Positions 1-8,547 of a stretch of DNA of 32,000 bases are shown one piece after another; positions within the stretch are counted from its first letter, which is position 1; each line of letters starts with the position of its first letter. The stretch covers positions 3,300,001-3,332,000 of the forward strand of contig NZ_CP074694.1 of NCBI RefSeq assembly GCF_018398935.1, read 5' to 3'. Position numbers and translations under genes: made by a program. The DNA comes from Telmatocola sphagniphila. Its GTDB lineage: Bacteria; Planctomycetota; Planctomycetia; Gemmatales; Gemmataceae. The notes beneath the pieces were generated by a model. It did not search any database. It was not told the DNA's origin and saw only the letters and a program-made list of their open reading frames with translations.

Positions 1-176
1 GCCAGACAATTCGCAAAAGCGTCAATTGATTTCCCAGGCAATTTTCGCTGGACCACGGAAGCCTGCAAACTTTCGTGTGAGAACTGTTTCACTTCCATCC
101 TGAGCTCCCCGGCGGCGCGCAACAGGTCGCGAACGTGCCAGCCCCGGCCGGAAGATACTATCCCAATGGTTTCCAT
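1..176 (-). CDS. 5' end of a CDS running off the left edge; possibly the N-terminus of an ATP-grasp (RimK-like) ligase
   Basis: Not in the ORF track, because only 58 codons lie in the window. Manual reverse-complement translation from the ATG at 176-174 gives METIGIVSSGRGWHVRDLLRAAGELRMEVKQFSHESLQASVVQRKLPGKSIDAFANCL, open to position 1. The layout loosely resembles pre-ATP-grasp N-termini, so the family call is weak. Confidence 0.35.
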   Translation of the reverse strand, partial: METIGIVSSGRGWHVRDLLRAAGELRMEVKQFSHESLQASVVQRKLPGKSIDAFANCL

Positions 177-347
177 CCCTTTTTCATAGCGGAATTGAGT
201 CTTTCGACTCTCCCACTTCAAAATTGGCTTCAGCGGAAAAATGTAAGAATTTAATTCACTTCCAAAAATAGCGGGTTAAACTCTACAGGATGAAACGAGG
301 GGAGCCTCGCAACAAATTAATATCCACTTATATGATTGGAGTGTATA

Positions 348-530
348 ATGGCGAAATTTGAAGTCTACAAGGATAAGGCGGGAGAGTTCCGCTGGCGCTT
401 CGTAGCCACTAACGGACGGATTATTGCCGTTTCCAGTGAAGGCTACAAGAGCAAGAATCATTGCACTCATGGAATCGATCTGATCCTAACCGAGGGGAAA
501 AAAGCCCCAGTGGAAGATATCAAGAAGTGA
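348..530 (+). CDS. YegP/DUF1508 family small protein (single domain, 60 aa)
   Basis: MAKFEVYKDKAGEFRWRFVATNGRIIAVSSEGYKSKNHCTHGIDLI matches the DUF1508 pattern (F.i.kd..G.yrfrL.a.NG..ia.Se.Y.sk). The ATG at 348 is preceded by GGAG at 338-341. The track start at 336 is a TTG and is less likely. Confidence 0.8.
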   Translation: MAKFEVYKDKAGEFRWRFVATNGRIIAVSSEGYKSKNHCTHGIDLILTEGKKAPVEDIKK

Positions 531-571
531 TAGTTCGAATCGATTTTTTTCGCTGGATTCTACCAGGATTA

Positions 572-3373
572 TTATCGCCCAATTCCGCCCCCGGCGGCCG
601 GTCCAAATAAGCCGGAGCCAGTACCGCGACTTGCCAAGAGGTTGGGAACCACTTCAAACTGGAAGCCGAAGTTATTGAGGATCGCGTTGTAATTGAAGCC
701 GAAATTGATCGTCAAGTCCGTACCCGTTCGGGAGAACATCAGAGTGTTGGACAGACTCTGATTCAGGCCGAAGTCGTAGGTAGTACTTGCGATGATTGAA
801 TACTTCTGACTGAACACGTATTGCACGCTGGCGGTCAAGGCTTTGGAACGCACCGGGTCGAACTGACGGTAGCCGATGTAGAAGCTGGTGCGATCGGGCC
901 GATTGAGATACGTTCCGATATTCCAATAACTCACCCCTGGATCGTACGGATCGAACCAACCGCTGGAGGTAATGCCCGTCCGGTCGCCGACGTACCAGTA
1001 GGAATCATATTCCAGGAACGAGACATTATGACCGAAGTTATCCCTGTTCTTATCGGGGAAGATACTTGCCGACAGGTCTAAGGTCAACCAGTCGACGGTA
1101 TGCTCCATCCCCGGGTAGCCGCGTTTGGTCTGCCATCGCTGATTCACGTCCAATTGCAAAATTTGAATGCTATCCAAGGTATCCGGGCTGGTATCCAAAA
1201 GCCGTCGGACCGCATAAGTCTGCGGATCGTAATAAGGCGAGTTGGCCAGAGCATAGCCCTTATATCCCGGCACATAAGCCGTCTGGAAGGGATGGATATC
1301 CCGCAAGGCCATATCTGTCGCGTCATCATTCAACCGATCCAATTGGGGAAGTTGATCATGCCCCACGTTGGTCCAGGCGTTGAAGTAGTTGGCACCGAAA
1401 GTGATTTTGTGATTCAAACCGTTCAGGTTGAGCAATTCACTTTCGACGTCGGAGTACAATTGCGACATCGGCAGGCTCGTTCGCACCCCGCCGCCACCGT
1501 AAAACCGGCCGACATCCTGCCCCTGTAAGTCATTGCTGTAGTAGGCCAGATCGACCTTCGCATACGGGACGACTTTCACAGGTCCGGCATTGAAAGGCAA
1601 GCTGATTTCCTGCATCACATCGAAGCGACCCGTGCTGGTTTTCTGATCGGTAGGCTCGTAGGGAAACGGCAGAGTATTGATCTGCCCCGGTGGAGAGAAT
1701 GGCGAAAGCGTTGTACGGGCCGGATTCAACTGGGCGTAACCCGCGCTGCCCCAGGCGTTATATGTGAAGGTATCGAAGAACGATTGGCCGAGCCAGTAGC
1801 CACTCGCTTTAGGCAACCAGTTGGTTTCGGTAACCCAGAAGCGATCGAAATTCGCCTTACCCAGAACGGAGACTGCACCGATGCCATCCTGATATTTCAG
1901 GTAGCCGAAGGATTCGAGGTTATCGCCCGAATCGAATTCCGGCTTGTAGTAAGATTCCAGAAAGCGCGGATCGCTCAGATGAGCGATCTGACCCATGAAC
2001 GTCAACTCTTCCGTGACTTCCAGCTGACCTTTCCAGGATATTCGACTTCGATATTGCGAAGGCTCAAAATCGTTCTCGCGCGGCCCACCCAGTTTGTCAT
2101 GCCCCTGATCGTAAATCCCATACGCTTTGAATTCCGTCATGAACGGCATATCCATGCCGTAAAACTTGTCGCCGCGATTGCTGTAACTGGTGCCCAGGGC
2201 CGGCCCCCGATCGCTCAGGTAATCCGCTTGCAGATCCCAGCGTTCGCCGGGGAGCGGAGTCATGGCGAGAAGGTCGAGGACGCTCCAGGTCGTGAGAATC
2301 TGGGTACCGAAGATCTTGTCGGTTCGGAACGCAACACTTTCCAGCGGCCCGAGAGGTCGATTCACGTTACCTGCCATGTAGGGCACGTAGAAAAACGGAT
2401 ACTCCATCGCCTGCAGCGTCACATTTTGCGCTTCAAAAAGCGTCTCCGGTGAAGTGATATCCTGCTGCAACAAGCGGTTGTAGTATTGGTTGCCGAAAAT
2501 ATTTCGGCGAATGTCCGGTTCCTGAACAATGTCCACGGTCTGGGCGTTCATGCTAACGCCCGGATCGGACGGTAGACTGCTGGAGGACATCTGAACGGCT
2601 TGAGCCCGGAATTCCGTCGGCGACAATTGCAGAATTTCTCGTGCCTTAATCACTGCCGGATCGCGGAGCCCCTGCCGGAAGAATTGCAATACGCCATTGA
2701 CCGCGATCGCTTTATCTTTACTCACATCGTAGTAAACCTTGTCGGCTCGCATGGTCTTATCTTCTTGCGGGGTGCCATCCGCATTCTTCTTCTCCGTGGA
2801 GTTGCCGTACCGGACGATGACATTACCCGACATGAAAACTTCAATTTCCCGCTCGTTGCCCGCCGGCTGTGGAGTCGATGAATTAATCAACTCGTCGATT
2901 TGTCCCCCTTTGAGCCATACAACCACATCGTCGGCTTGAACATCGAGAAAGGTGCTCTTGTCCCCCTTGATGAAGGTGGCGAACATTTTGATCCCACCCG
3001 TCAGGATGGCAATCTGCTGTCCCTGCGGTCCATCAACGTACTTGATGTTGAAGCCTCGCGAAGTTCGCATCCCGAACTGCAGCAAGCGAGTTGCTCCCGT
3101 GGGAAGAGGAATCGCACTCTGGGCCGGCGTAACCGGCGGAGACACGGGTATGGTCGCATTTCCCGAAGGTGGGGCGGCCGTCGTAATCCCGGGCACCGGG
3201 GTGTTAACTTGCGAGGATTGAGAGGATCTGGATTGTGAGTTCGAATCGTTGGAGGGGATCGGAATTGGTTCTACGAAGCGCGGAAGGACAGGATCCTGAG
3301 CCGAGGCCGGATTCCCAAACCCTGCGAGCACGAAAGTGCACACAGCTCCAATAAACGCGGTTCGCCAACCCAC
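572..3373 (-). CDS. lptD: LptD/OstA-like LPS-assembly outer-membrane protein
   Basis: An OstA-like N-terminal region (ILTGGIKMFATF...VQADDVVVWLKGG...EVFMSGNVIVRYG...MRADKVYYDVSKDKAIAVNG) is followed by an LptD-type barrel motif (YPFFYVPYMAGN...WDLQADYLSDRGPALGTSYS, compare E. coli FPVFYLPY...D.t..PrymskRG). I prefer the GTG start at 3373: GGGAGG lies 4-5 nt upstream, and it yields the signal peptide MGWRTAFIGAVCTFVLAGFGNPASAQ. Alternative starts are TTG at 3406 or TTG at 3514 (the track start). Confidence 0.65.
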   Translation of the reverse strand: MGWRTAFIGAVCTFVLAGFGNPASAQDPVLPRFVEPIPIPSNDSNSQSRSSQSSQVNTPVPGITTAAPPSGNATIPVSPPVTPAQSAIPLPTGATRLLQFGMRTSRGFNIKYVDGPQGQQIAILTGGIKMFATFIKGDKSTFLDVQADDVVVWLKGGQIDELINSSTPQPAGNEREIEVFMSGNVIVRYGNSTEKKNADGTPQEDKTMRADKVYYDVSKDKAIAVNGVLQFFRQGLRDPAVIKAREILQLSPTEFRAQAVQMSSSSLPSDPGVSMNAQTVDIVQEPDIRRNIFGNQYYNRLLQQDITSPETLFEAQNVTLQAMEYPFFYVPYMAGNVNRPLGPLESVAFRTDKIFGTQILTTWSVLDLLAMTPLPGERWDLQADYLSDRGPALGTSYSNRGDKFYGMDMPFMTEFKAYGIYDQGHDKLGGPRENDFEPSQYRSRISWKGQLEVTEELTFMGQIAHLSDPRFLESYYKPEFDSGDNLESFGYLKYQDGIGAVSVLGKANFDRFWVTETNWLPKASGYWLGQSFFDTFTYNAWGSAGYAQLNPARTTLSPFSPPGQINTLPFPYEPTDQKTSTGRFDVMQEISLPFNAGPVKVVPYAKVDLAYYSNDLQGQDVGRFYGGGGVRTSLPMSQLYSDVESELLNLNGLNHKITFGANYFNAWTNVGHDQLPQLDRLNDDATDMALRDIHPFQTAYVPGYKGYALANSPYYDPQTYAVRRLLDTSPDTLDSIQILQLDVNQRWQTKRGYPGMEHTVDWLTLDLSASIFPDKNRDNFGHNVSFLEYDSYWYVGDRTGITSSGWFDPYDPGVSYWNIGTYLNRPDRTSFYIGYRQFDPVRSKALTASVQYVFSQKYSIIASTTYDFGLNQSLSNTLMFSRTGTDLTINFGFNYNAILNNFGFQFEVVPNLLASRGTGSGLFGPAAGGGIGR

Positions 3374-3415
3374 GCTGCCTCCCTGCTGCGCCTCAGTTAG
3401 TTTCAATCTGGCGTG

Positions 3416-3444
3416 GGAATACGGTCTGTAGAAAAAAGTGTCAA
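3416..3444 (-). promoter_or_regulatory. candidate sigma70-like promoter for the LptD-like gene
   Basis: On the minus strand there is a perfect -35 TTGACA (complement of 3439-3444), a 17-nt spacer, then TATTCC (complement of 3416-3421). The -10 is poor (3/6). Confidence 0.25.
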
Positions 3445-3474
3445 GATGAAGCAAAAAGGTCAATCGAAAGGCGA

Positions 3475-3501
3475 AGAGCCGCTCCGGGAAGGAGCGGCTC
3501 T
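3475..3501 (-). terminator. GC-rich stem-loop between the propeller gene and the LptD-like gene (terminator or attenuator candidate)
   Basis: AGAGCCGCTCC / GGAGCGGCTCT forms an 11-bp perfect stem with a GGGAA loop, 42 nt downstream of the stop at 3543. The minus-strand trailing sequence TCGCCTTTCGATTG is only moderately U-rich. Confidence 0.35.
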
Positions 3502-3542
3502 CGCTTATTTGCAAAATCAGGCAAAAGACAGAATCTGGGAGA

Positions 3543-5273
3543 TTACTTCTTCTTGCCGAAGGCGAAAAGGTTCTTCTCGGTCATCACGTAAAGCACTCCG
3601 TTTGCAACCACGGGAGTACTCCGAATCGGCTCGCCGATCTCGATTTTGGCCAGGAGATACTCTTTTTCGACTGCTTTACGGACTTCAATCAATTTTTTAC
3701 CTGCAGCTTTCTCATCGGCTATTTGGGATGCGATTTCGACTTCGTCCATGTCCTTGGGTTGCTTGCTGTGCTTGAATACGAAGAGATCGCCATCTTCATT
3801 CCCAATGAAGACTTTCCCATCGACGTAGTAGGCAGATCCCCAGATTGCCGACTTCACGTCAAATTGCCAGAACTTCTTACCCGTTTTCGCGTCCAGACAA
3901 TGGAGATACCCGGCCAGCTCGGAAATGTAGAGAACATCGTCGATGATACAGGCGGTGCTCATGGTCCGACCGAAAACGTAATCGCGTTTGGCGTTGGCTC
4001 GCTTTTCCGCACCCCCGTAATGCCAGACCACCGCGCTGTTCGGGTTCGGTTTGGTCTTCGGTGGGAACACCGAACCATCTGTGACCAGTTCGGGGGAGAG
4101 ATCGACTACCCCTTTCCCGCCCTTGGTGGGATCGATGCACCAATAGTGGCCAATGCCCTCGAAATGCTCGGGATCCTGACCCGTACCAATGAAGACTTTA
4201 CCCTGGTGAATTACTGGTGTTCCGATGAAATCGCTTCGAGTGCCTTTACCGCCCAAGTCGTATTTGGAATCTTTGGGATTGGCGTCGAACTTCCAAAGCA
4301 GATCTCCGGTGTCGGGCTTGAAGCTGTAAAGCCAGCCGTCGCCGCCCGGGAAAATCACCTGTTTGACGCCACCGATCTCGCCGTAGACCGGATTGGACCA
4401 CTGCCCGTGCATAATGTGCTTGCCGGGCAAGTTGCTTTTCCAAACTAGCTTGCCACTGTTTTTGTTCAAAGCGATGAAGCTGGGGGCTTCGGGTGACGGA
4501 ATATTGATGTGGCCTTCGTCCACGCCGTTTGCAGTGACCAGGAAAAGCATATCGTCGATAATCAGCGGAGAGCCATCCGACATGTTGTGAGGGAACACGT
4601 TCAGTTCCTTCATCATGTCGAATTCCCAAACGATCTTGGAGTCCGTCGGAGTTTTGTACTTCTGTTTCTCCGCGCCTTCGGCACCCTTGGTGCAGCCGTC
4701 GACATCGGCACAAACGACCGTACAGCGGTTGGTGGTATAGTACACCCGGTCTTTGACCACCGTCGGTGTGGAGCATAGCCCTTCGCGCGGCCAGTCGTGT
4801 ACCTGACCGGACGGCAGCTTATCATGAACCGATTGCCAGAGGAACTTTCCGGTGGCTTCCTCGAAGCACATGAGAATACCTTTATCGACCGGTTGCTTGT
4901 TCGTCGGATCGATATCGCGATTGTTTCGCGGGTTCTCGTTATTGGTTCCGACGAAAATGCGGCCGTTGGCAATGGTCGGCCCGCCATAAGCGCGGGAGCC
5001 CAGTGCCGACTTCCAGATCGCGTCTCCCACTTCGAATTTGGAGGGGATGTCGGTATCGATCGGGTTCACCATATTGTGATTAGGCGTCCCACCGAACATG
5101 GGGTGATCGCTGGTCCCCTGCAAGTTCACTCGCTCGGCGGATGCAGGAAGAATGCCGATCTCGGCGGAAGAGGCCTGACCCGTGTGCTGAATGGCAAACC
5201 ACACGCCAAACCCCACCGCCATCGAGCAGGCAGAGCCCGCTATCCACCGACGCAAATCATATATAACGCTCAT
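3543..5273 (-). CDS. PQQ-like beta-propeller repeat protein (BamB-family fold), N-terminal membrane anchor
   Basis: Repeated propeller blades of the type G.v(y/f)vgt..g.l.c.d..tGk..W. The ATG at 5273 gives MSVIYDLRRWIAGSACSMAVGFGVWFAI (charged region followed by a hydrophobic anchor) and has AAGGAAA upstream. The track start at 5330 is a GTG. Confidence 0.85.
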   Translation of the reverse strand: MSVIYDLRRWIAGSACSMAVGFGVWFAIQHTGQASSAEIGILPASAERVNLQGTSDHPMFGGTPNHNMVNPIDTDIPSKFEVGDAIWKSALGSRAYGGPTIANGRIFVGTNNENPRNNRDIDPTNKQPVDKGILMCFEEATGKFLWQSVHDKLPSGQVHDWPREGLCSTPTVVKDRVYYTTNRCTVVCADVDGCTKGAEGAEKQKYKTPTDSKIVWEFDMMKELNVFPHNMSDGSPLIIDDMLFLVTANGVDEGHINIPSPEAPSFIALNKNSGKLVWKSNLPGKHIMHGQWSNPVYGEIGGVKQVIFPGGDGWLYSFKPDTGDLLWKFDANPKDSKYDLGGKGTRSDFIGTPVIHQGKVFIGTGQDPEHFEGIGHYWCIDPTKGGKGVVDLSPELVTDGSVFPPKTKPNPNSAVVWHYGGAEKRANAKRDYVFGRTMSTACIIDDVLYISELAGYLHCLDAKTGKKFWQFDVKSAIWGSAYYVDGKVFIGNEDGDLFVFKHSKQPKDMDEVEIASQIADEKAAGKKLIEVRKAVEKEYLLAKIEIGEPIRSTPVVANGVLYVMTEKNLFAFGKKK

Positions 5274-5340
5274 AAATCCGGTTTCCTTGAAAATTCGTGT
5301 GAGAATCAAGGCACTGCCGGGAAGCAGCACCTCACCTTCT

Positions 5341-7683
5341 TTATTTTTTCAACGGCGTGATCATCACGTTATCGTAGTAAATTTCTCCGCCCGGCGAGTC
5401 GGCCTCCGCGTTGGAGATATAGCCGTAAAGGGCCGCCGCTCCGCCGGTATTGGGCATCGGATCGGTGAACTCAATCGTCCACTCAGCCGGTTCGGGTTCT
5501 CCCTTGGGCCAGACTTTCGCTTTCACCACTCCCAACTTGGTTTCAACGCTCAGTTTGGTGTGGTACCAGACTCCCGATTTCCAGGTGAATTCCTTCTGAA
5601 TGTTAATGCGAGGCAACGCTTCCCAAGAGGTTAGTCGAAGTTCGCGATGGCCGTTTTCGTCGGTCTTGCCGTCCAGAATCAACAGATACCGTCCGTTGAC
5701 AACACCCATATCGGGGAGCTTTTTCTTAGCTTCCAATCCCTTGATATCCGCTTCGATCGTGTAGTCCGAAATGTCAGTTTGAGAAATGTACGCATTGGCT
5801 CGGGAAATCGGCGGTCGGCTGTCGTTGTTCACTTTGAAGAGCACTTTGTTCTTCTTGCCGTCTTCGTTGAGTTCGACCACGCGGAATTTGCCCTGAGTGT
5901 TCACCCAACCCGCCGGGACACCACCCACCGGCACCATCTCGAAATCCTGTTTGTAAAGAATTTGCGGAGCAACGCGTACTCTTGCGCGGCCCTCAATTCC
6001 TTCAACTTTTACCGCAACATATCCTTGCTGTGCCGGTTTTTTCGGATTGATCGCGATCGTTCCCGTAGCCGGATCGAGTTGAGCATCCAGCGGCGGGGGA
6101 GCTGTCGTTGCCCCCTTGGGCATCGGAGGTTGTGGTAAGGACCATTCCATCGGAAAGGCCTGCCGGGTGAGAATTGGCTGTCCTTTCGCATTGAAGAGTC
6201 GGACTTCAAAGTTGATCTTTTCGCCAGGTTTTACAGTAACTTCGGCAGGGAAGAGGGCGACCTGAGCCACCTTCTGTTCCCCGGGAGCTTCTTGAGCCTG
6301 AGGCTTACCCTTCGGTGCAGTGCCCTGCCCGGTGCCGATACAATAAATCTCATCGCGGGTCGCGAGATAGATCACGCCATCGCCGATACTGGGAGTGGAG
6401 TTGCTTTCCACGAAGCCTTTAGCTTTCGGACGAACTTTAAAATTGGTGGTGTGAGTTTCAGCGTCATCCGGTGCTTCTTTACCCGGCTTCAGCTTGATGA
6501 TGTGAAACTTGCCAATGGTTTCCGAGATGTAGAGTTTGCCGTCCGCAACGAGTGGTGCGCCTCGGGAAGTCGTGCCATAGGCGTATTTCCAGAGCTCTTT
6601 GCCGCCCTTCTTGGCATCGAAGCAAAAGAGTTTTGCACCATCATCCGGAACATAGAGTTTACCATCGGCATAGGCCATCGAGGCTAACCCCCAACGTACG
6701 CCTTTGGTATATTCCCACACCAGTTTCGGTTTGCCATCTTCGACTTTCGATGCGTCCAGACAAATGATTTTTCCAATGTCCGAACCGGTTGGATTTTCTT
6801 CCCCATGGGAAATCCAGACAAAATTGCCATCGACGACCGGCGAAGGGTTAATTACACCGGCCGCAAAGTGATAGCTCCAAACACGCTTGCCGGTACGAAC
6901 CTGGAAAGCGTGCACACCGCCATCGGCCGCACCGGTAATGAGAAGCCGTTCGCCGTTGATCACCGCCACAACGGGATTGGAATAATAGGTCCCTTTTACC
7001 CCTTGAGCGGGGGTCTCACCGTACCAAACAATCTTTCCGGTTAACCCATCGAATGCCACGAAGCGATTGGTTCCGATGGCGTGGTTGCCCCAGGAGCCAT
7101 TCACGATCCCGACAATAACCAAGCCCGAATCGAAAATCGGACCGCCACCGATACGGCCACCGTAGCCGGAGACGCGACCGAGTTCTTCCGTGAGTTGTCG
7201 AGTCCAGACATGTTCACCGGTTGAACCTTTGAAGCAGTGCAGAAAACCTGCGGTGGAATGGGTATAGACGAGATCGTTTTTGGCATCGCCGGCTACGGGC
7301 GCCCAGCCGAGTCGATTCACGACAATATCGGTGTGGAAGACGTTAAAGTCTTTTTCCCAGAGTACGGTGCCCTTGGCGGCATCAAATGCAACGACTCGTT
7401 CGCCGATGAGTTGCTTTTCGGCATCGGTGGGGACATCGAGTGTTTCGCCCTTCGCACTGATGATGAAAACTCGCCCGTTCATGACCATAGGTGTCGAACG
7501 GCAGCCGTAGGGCTGTTTCCAAATCAGGTTGTTTTTGCCAACCGTGCGGGGATCCCATTCATCGGGAAGCCCTTTGGCGTCGACGGAGCCTGTCTGATTC
7601 GGTCCGCGCCAGTGGGTCCAATCGTCGGCCTGCAGCAAGGTAGCGCTGCAAAGCCAACAGAAGACGATTAGCAAACGAGACAT
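5341..7683 (-). CDS. secreted PQQ-like beta-propeller protein with C-terminal Ig-like and LamG/DUF1080-like jelly-roll regions
   Basis: The ATG at 7683 (AGGAAG upstream) gives the signal peptide MSRLLIVFCWLCSATLLQA followed by the DDWTHWRGP motif. Propeller repeats extend to about residue 470. A P/Q-rich linker follows, then a beta-rich segment (VTVKPGEKINFEVRLFNAKG), then a C-terminal jelly-roll-like region (FRVVELNEDG...YTIEADIKG...WYHTKLSVE...IYYDNVMI). The C-terminal domain names are tentative. Confidence 0.85.
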   Translation of the reverse strand: MSRLLIVFCWLCSATLLQADDWTHWRGPNQTGSVDAKGLPDEWDPRTVGKNNLIWKQPYGCRSTPMVMNGRVFIISAKGETLDVPTDAEKQLIGERVVAFDAAKGTVLWEKDFNVFHTDIVVNRLGWAPVAGDAKNDLVYTHSTAGFLHCFKGSTGEHVWTRQLTEELGRVSGYGGRIGGGPIFDSGLVIVGIVNGSWGNHAIGTNRFVAFDGLTGKIVWYGETPAQGVKGTYYSNPVVAVINGERLLITGAADGGVHAFQVRTGKRVWSYHFAAGVINPSPVVDGNFVWISHGEENPTGSDIGKIICLDASKVEDGKPKLVWEYTKGVRWGLASMAYADGKLYVPDDGAKLFCFDAKKGGKELWKYAYGTTSRGAPLVADGKLYISETIGKFHIIKLKPGKEAPDDAETHTTNFKVRPKAKGFVESNSTPSIGDGVIYLATRDEIYCIGTGQGTAPKGKPQAQEAPGEQKVAQVALFPAEVTVKPGEKINFEVRLFNAKGQPILTRQAFPMEWSLPQPPMPKGATTAPPPLDAQLDPATGTIAINPKKPAQQGYVAVKVEGIEGRARVRVAPQILYKQDFEMVPVGGVPAGWVNTQGKFRVVELNEDGKKNKVLFKVNNDSRPPISRANAYISQTDISDYTIEADIKGLEAKKKLPDMGVVNGRYLLILDGKTDENGHRELRLTSWEALPRINIQKEFTWKSGVWYHTKLSVETKLGVVKAKVWPKGEPEPAEWTIEFTDPMPNTGGAAALYGYISNAEADSPGGEIYYDNVMITPLKK

Positions 7684-7870
7684 ATACTTCCTTTCACCAA
7701 AGTGCGGCGAGTTCGGCGGATTCAATGTAGATTATCATACCGGCGGGAATACAGGAATCTACCATGGTGCTATGAAGGTCTTACAAAGATCTTCAGCTAG
7801 ATCGAAGATATCGGGTAGTTGCGAACCCCCACTGGCGAATTTCGCTCCAATACTTATACTTAGTTTACAC

Positions 7871-7952
7871 GGCTCGGTGGTGAAATTGGCAGACACGCAA
7901 GACTTAGGATCTTGTGCCGCAAGGCGTGTGGGTTCAAGTCCCTCCCGAGCCA
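7871..7952 (+). tRNA. tRNA-Leu (anticodon UAG), class II with a long variable arm
   Basis: Hand fold. Acceptor GGCTCGG/CCGAGCC (7 bp) and 3-bp D stem GTG/CAC with AAATTGGCAGA loop. Anticodon stem CAAGA/TCTTG with loop CTTAGGA (anticodon TAG at 7905-7907). Variable arm TGCC-GCAA-GGCG. T arm GTGGG-TTCAAGT-CCCTC has one U-U mismatch at positions 50:64. Discriminator A at 7952; no encoded CCA. Confidence 0.9.
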
Positions 7953-7972
7953 CTTTCTGCTTTTGATCCTTT

Positions 7973-8437
7973 TCAACTTGGTGCGGTTGCACACCAGCCC
8001 TTTTGATACATCAAAAAGGGAATCTCTTCCATTCCCAGGCTCTGATAGGTTTTTTGGCCCCGCTCGTTTTCTTTTTCCACATAGAGCCGCAGCCCAACGA
8101 CATTGCCCTGCTCGTGCCCCAGTTTCTCCGCTTCCTGGAAAAGGCTTCGGAAAACCCCACCCCGGCGATGCTCGGCCTGCACATAGACGCTCTGCACCCA
8201 CCAGAACCAGCCGTTCCGCCAGTCGCTCCATTCATAGGTAATCATCAACTGCCCGACAACCACCCCGTTAACCTCGGCCACGAGATAAAAGCCTTTGGCA
8301 GGGTCGCTGAATATGGCGGTGACGCCGCTGGTGAGTGTTTCGGGAAGCAGTTTTTTGTGTTCGGTTTCCCAGGCCAGCCGACGATTGAATTCGACCAGAA
8401 CTGCAATGTCCGTAACCGAAGCGCGACGAATCCGCAT
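7973..8437 (-). CDS. GNAT family N-acetyltransferase
   Basis: MRIRRASVTDIAVLVEFNRRLAWE...GVVVGQLMITYE...VQSVYVQAEHRRGGVFRSLFQEAEKL shows the typical GNAT motif A (Q/R-x-x-G-x-G/A). The ATG at 8437 has GGAGG 6 nt upstream. The track start at 8506 adds an unlikely 23-aa extension. Confidence 0.85.
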   Translation of the reverse strand: MRIRRASVTDIAVLVEFNRRLAWETEHKKLLPETLTSGVTAIFSDPAKGFYLVAEVNGVVVGQLMITYEWSDWRNGWFWWVQSVYVQAEHRRGGVFRSLFQEAEKLGHEQGNVVGLRLYVEKENERGQKTYQSLGMEEIPFLMYQKGWCATAPS

Positions 8438-8507
8438 GTTTTCCTCCGAAGCTTTTTTAGAATTTTTTGCGAAGTGCTGAACGAAAATCGGCTGGAAAAA
8501 CCACATA

Positions 8508-8527
8508 TATAGGAAACTATAGGAAAC
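8508..8527. repeat. perfect tandem direct repeat TATAGGAAAC x2
   Basis: Read directly from the sequence: tataggaaac at 8508-8517 and tataggaaac at 8518-8527. The repeat ends 20 nt upstream of the ATG at 8548, in the GNAT/8548 divergent intergenic region. Confidence 0.9.
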
Positions 8528-8547
8528 GTTTTTTCTGCGAGGCCTCT

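Noticed and set aside
531-571. T7 run after the YegP stop as an intrinsic terminator
   Set aside because: The only preceding self-complementarity is TCGA-A-TCGA / TTCGAA. That is too short, with too small a loop, to form a credible terminator stem.
1784-2452. 222-aa plus-strand ORF, plus several 60-140-aa ORFs, within the LptD-like gene
   Set aside because: They are antisense to a long ORF with LptD-type motifs and have no independent coding evidence.
3723-4448. 241-aa plus-strand ORF, plus others at 3877-4143, 4246-4776, 4509-4778, 4613-4987 and 4797-5360, overlapping the PQQ-like propeller gene
   Set aside because: These are shadow ORFs opposite to, or out of frame with, a gene that has clear propeller repeats. 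They have no motifs or RBS, and their compositions are biased.
5274-5340. Imperfect hairpin (GGTGCTGC-TTCCCG-GCAGTGCC on the minus strand) between the two propeller genes as a terminator
   Set aside because: The stem needs two G-U pairs, no U-tract follows, and the genes are only 67 nt apart. It is probably an intra-operon spacer.
7759-8241. Four ORFs (7759-7992, 7772-7966, 7860-8231, 7912-8241) overlapping the tRNA-Leu locus
   Set aside because: They span a well-folding tRNA gene and intergenic DNA, and their translations are low-complexity. They are treated as spurious.
8003-8512. 169-aa plus-strand ORF overlapping the GNAT gene
   Set aside because: The minus-strand frame carries the GNAT motif and a GGAGG RBS. 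The plus-strand product has no recognisable features.
7871-8547. Possible tRNA-associated genomic island downstream of tRNA-Leu
   Set aside because: There is no integrase, no visible direct repeat of the tRNA 3' end elsewhere in the window, and the flanking genes are ordinary (GNAT, ribF string).
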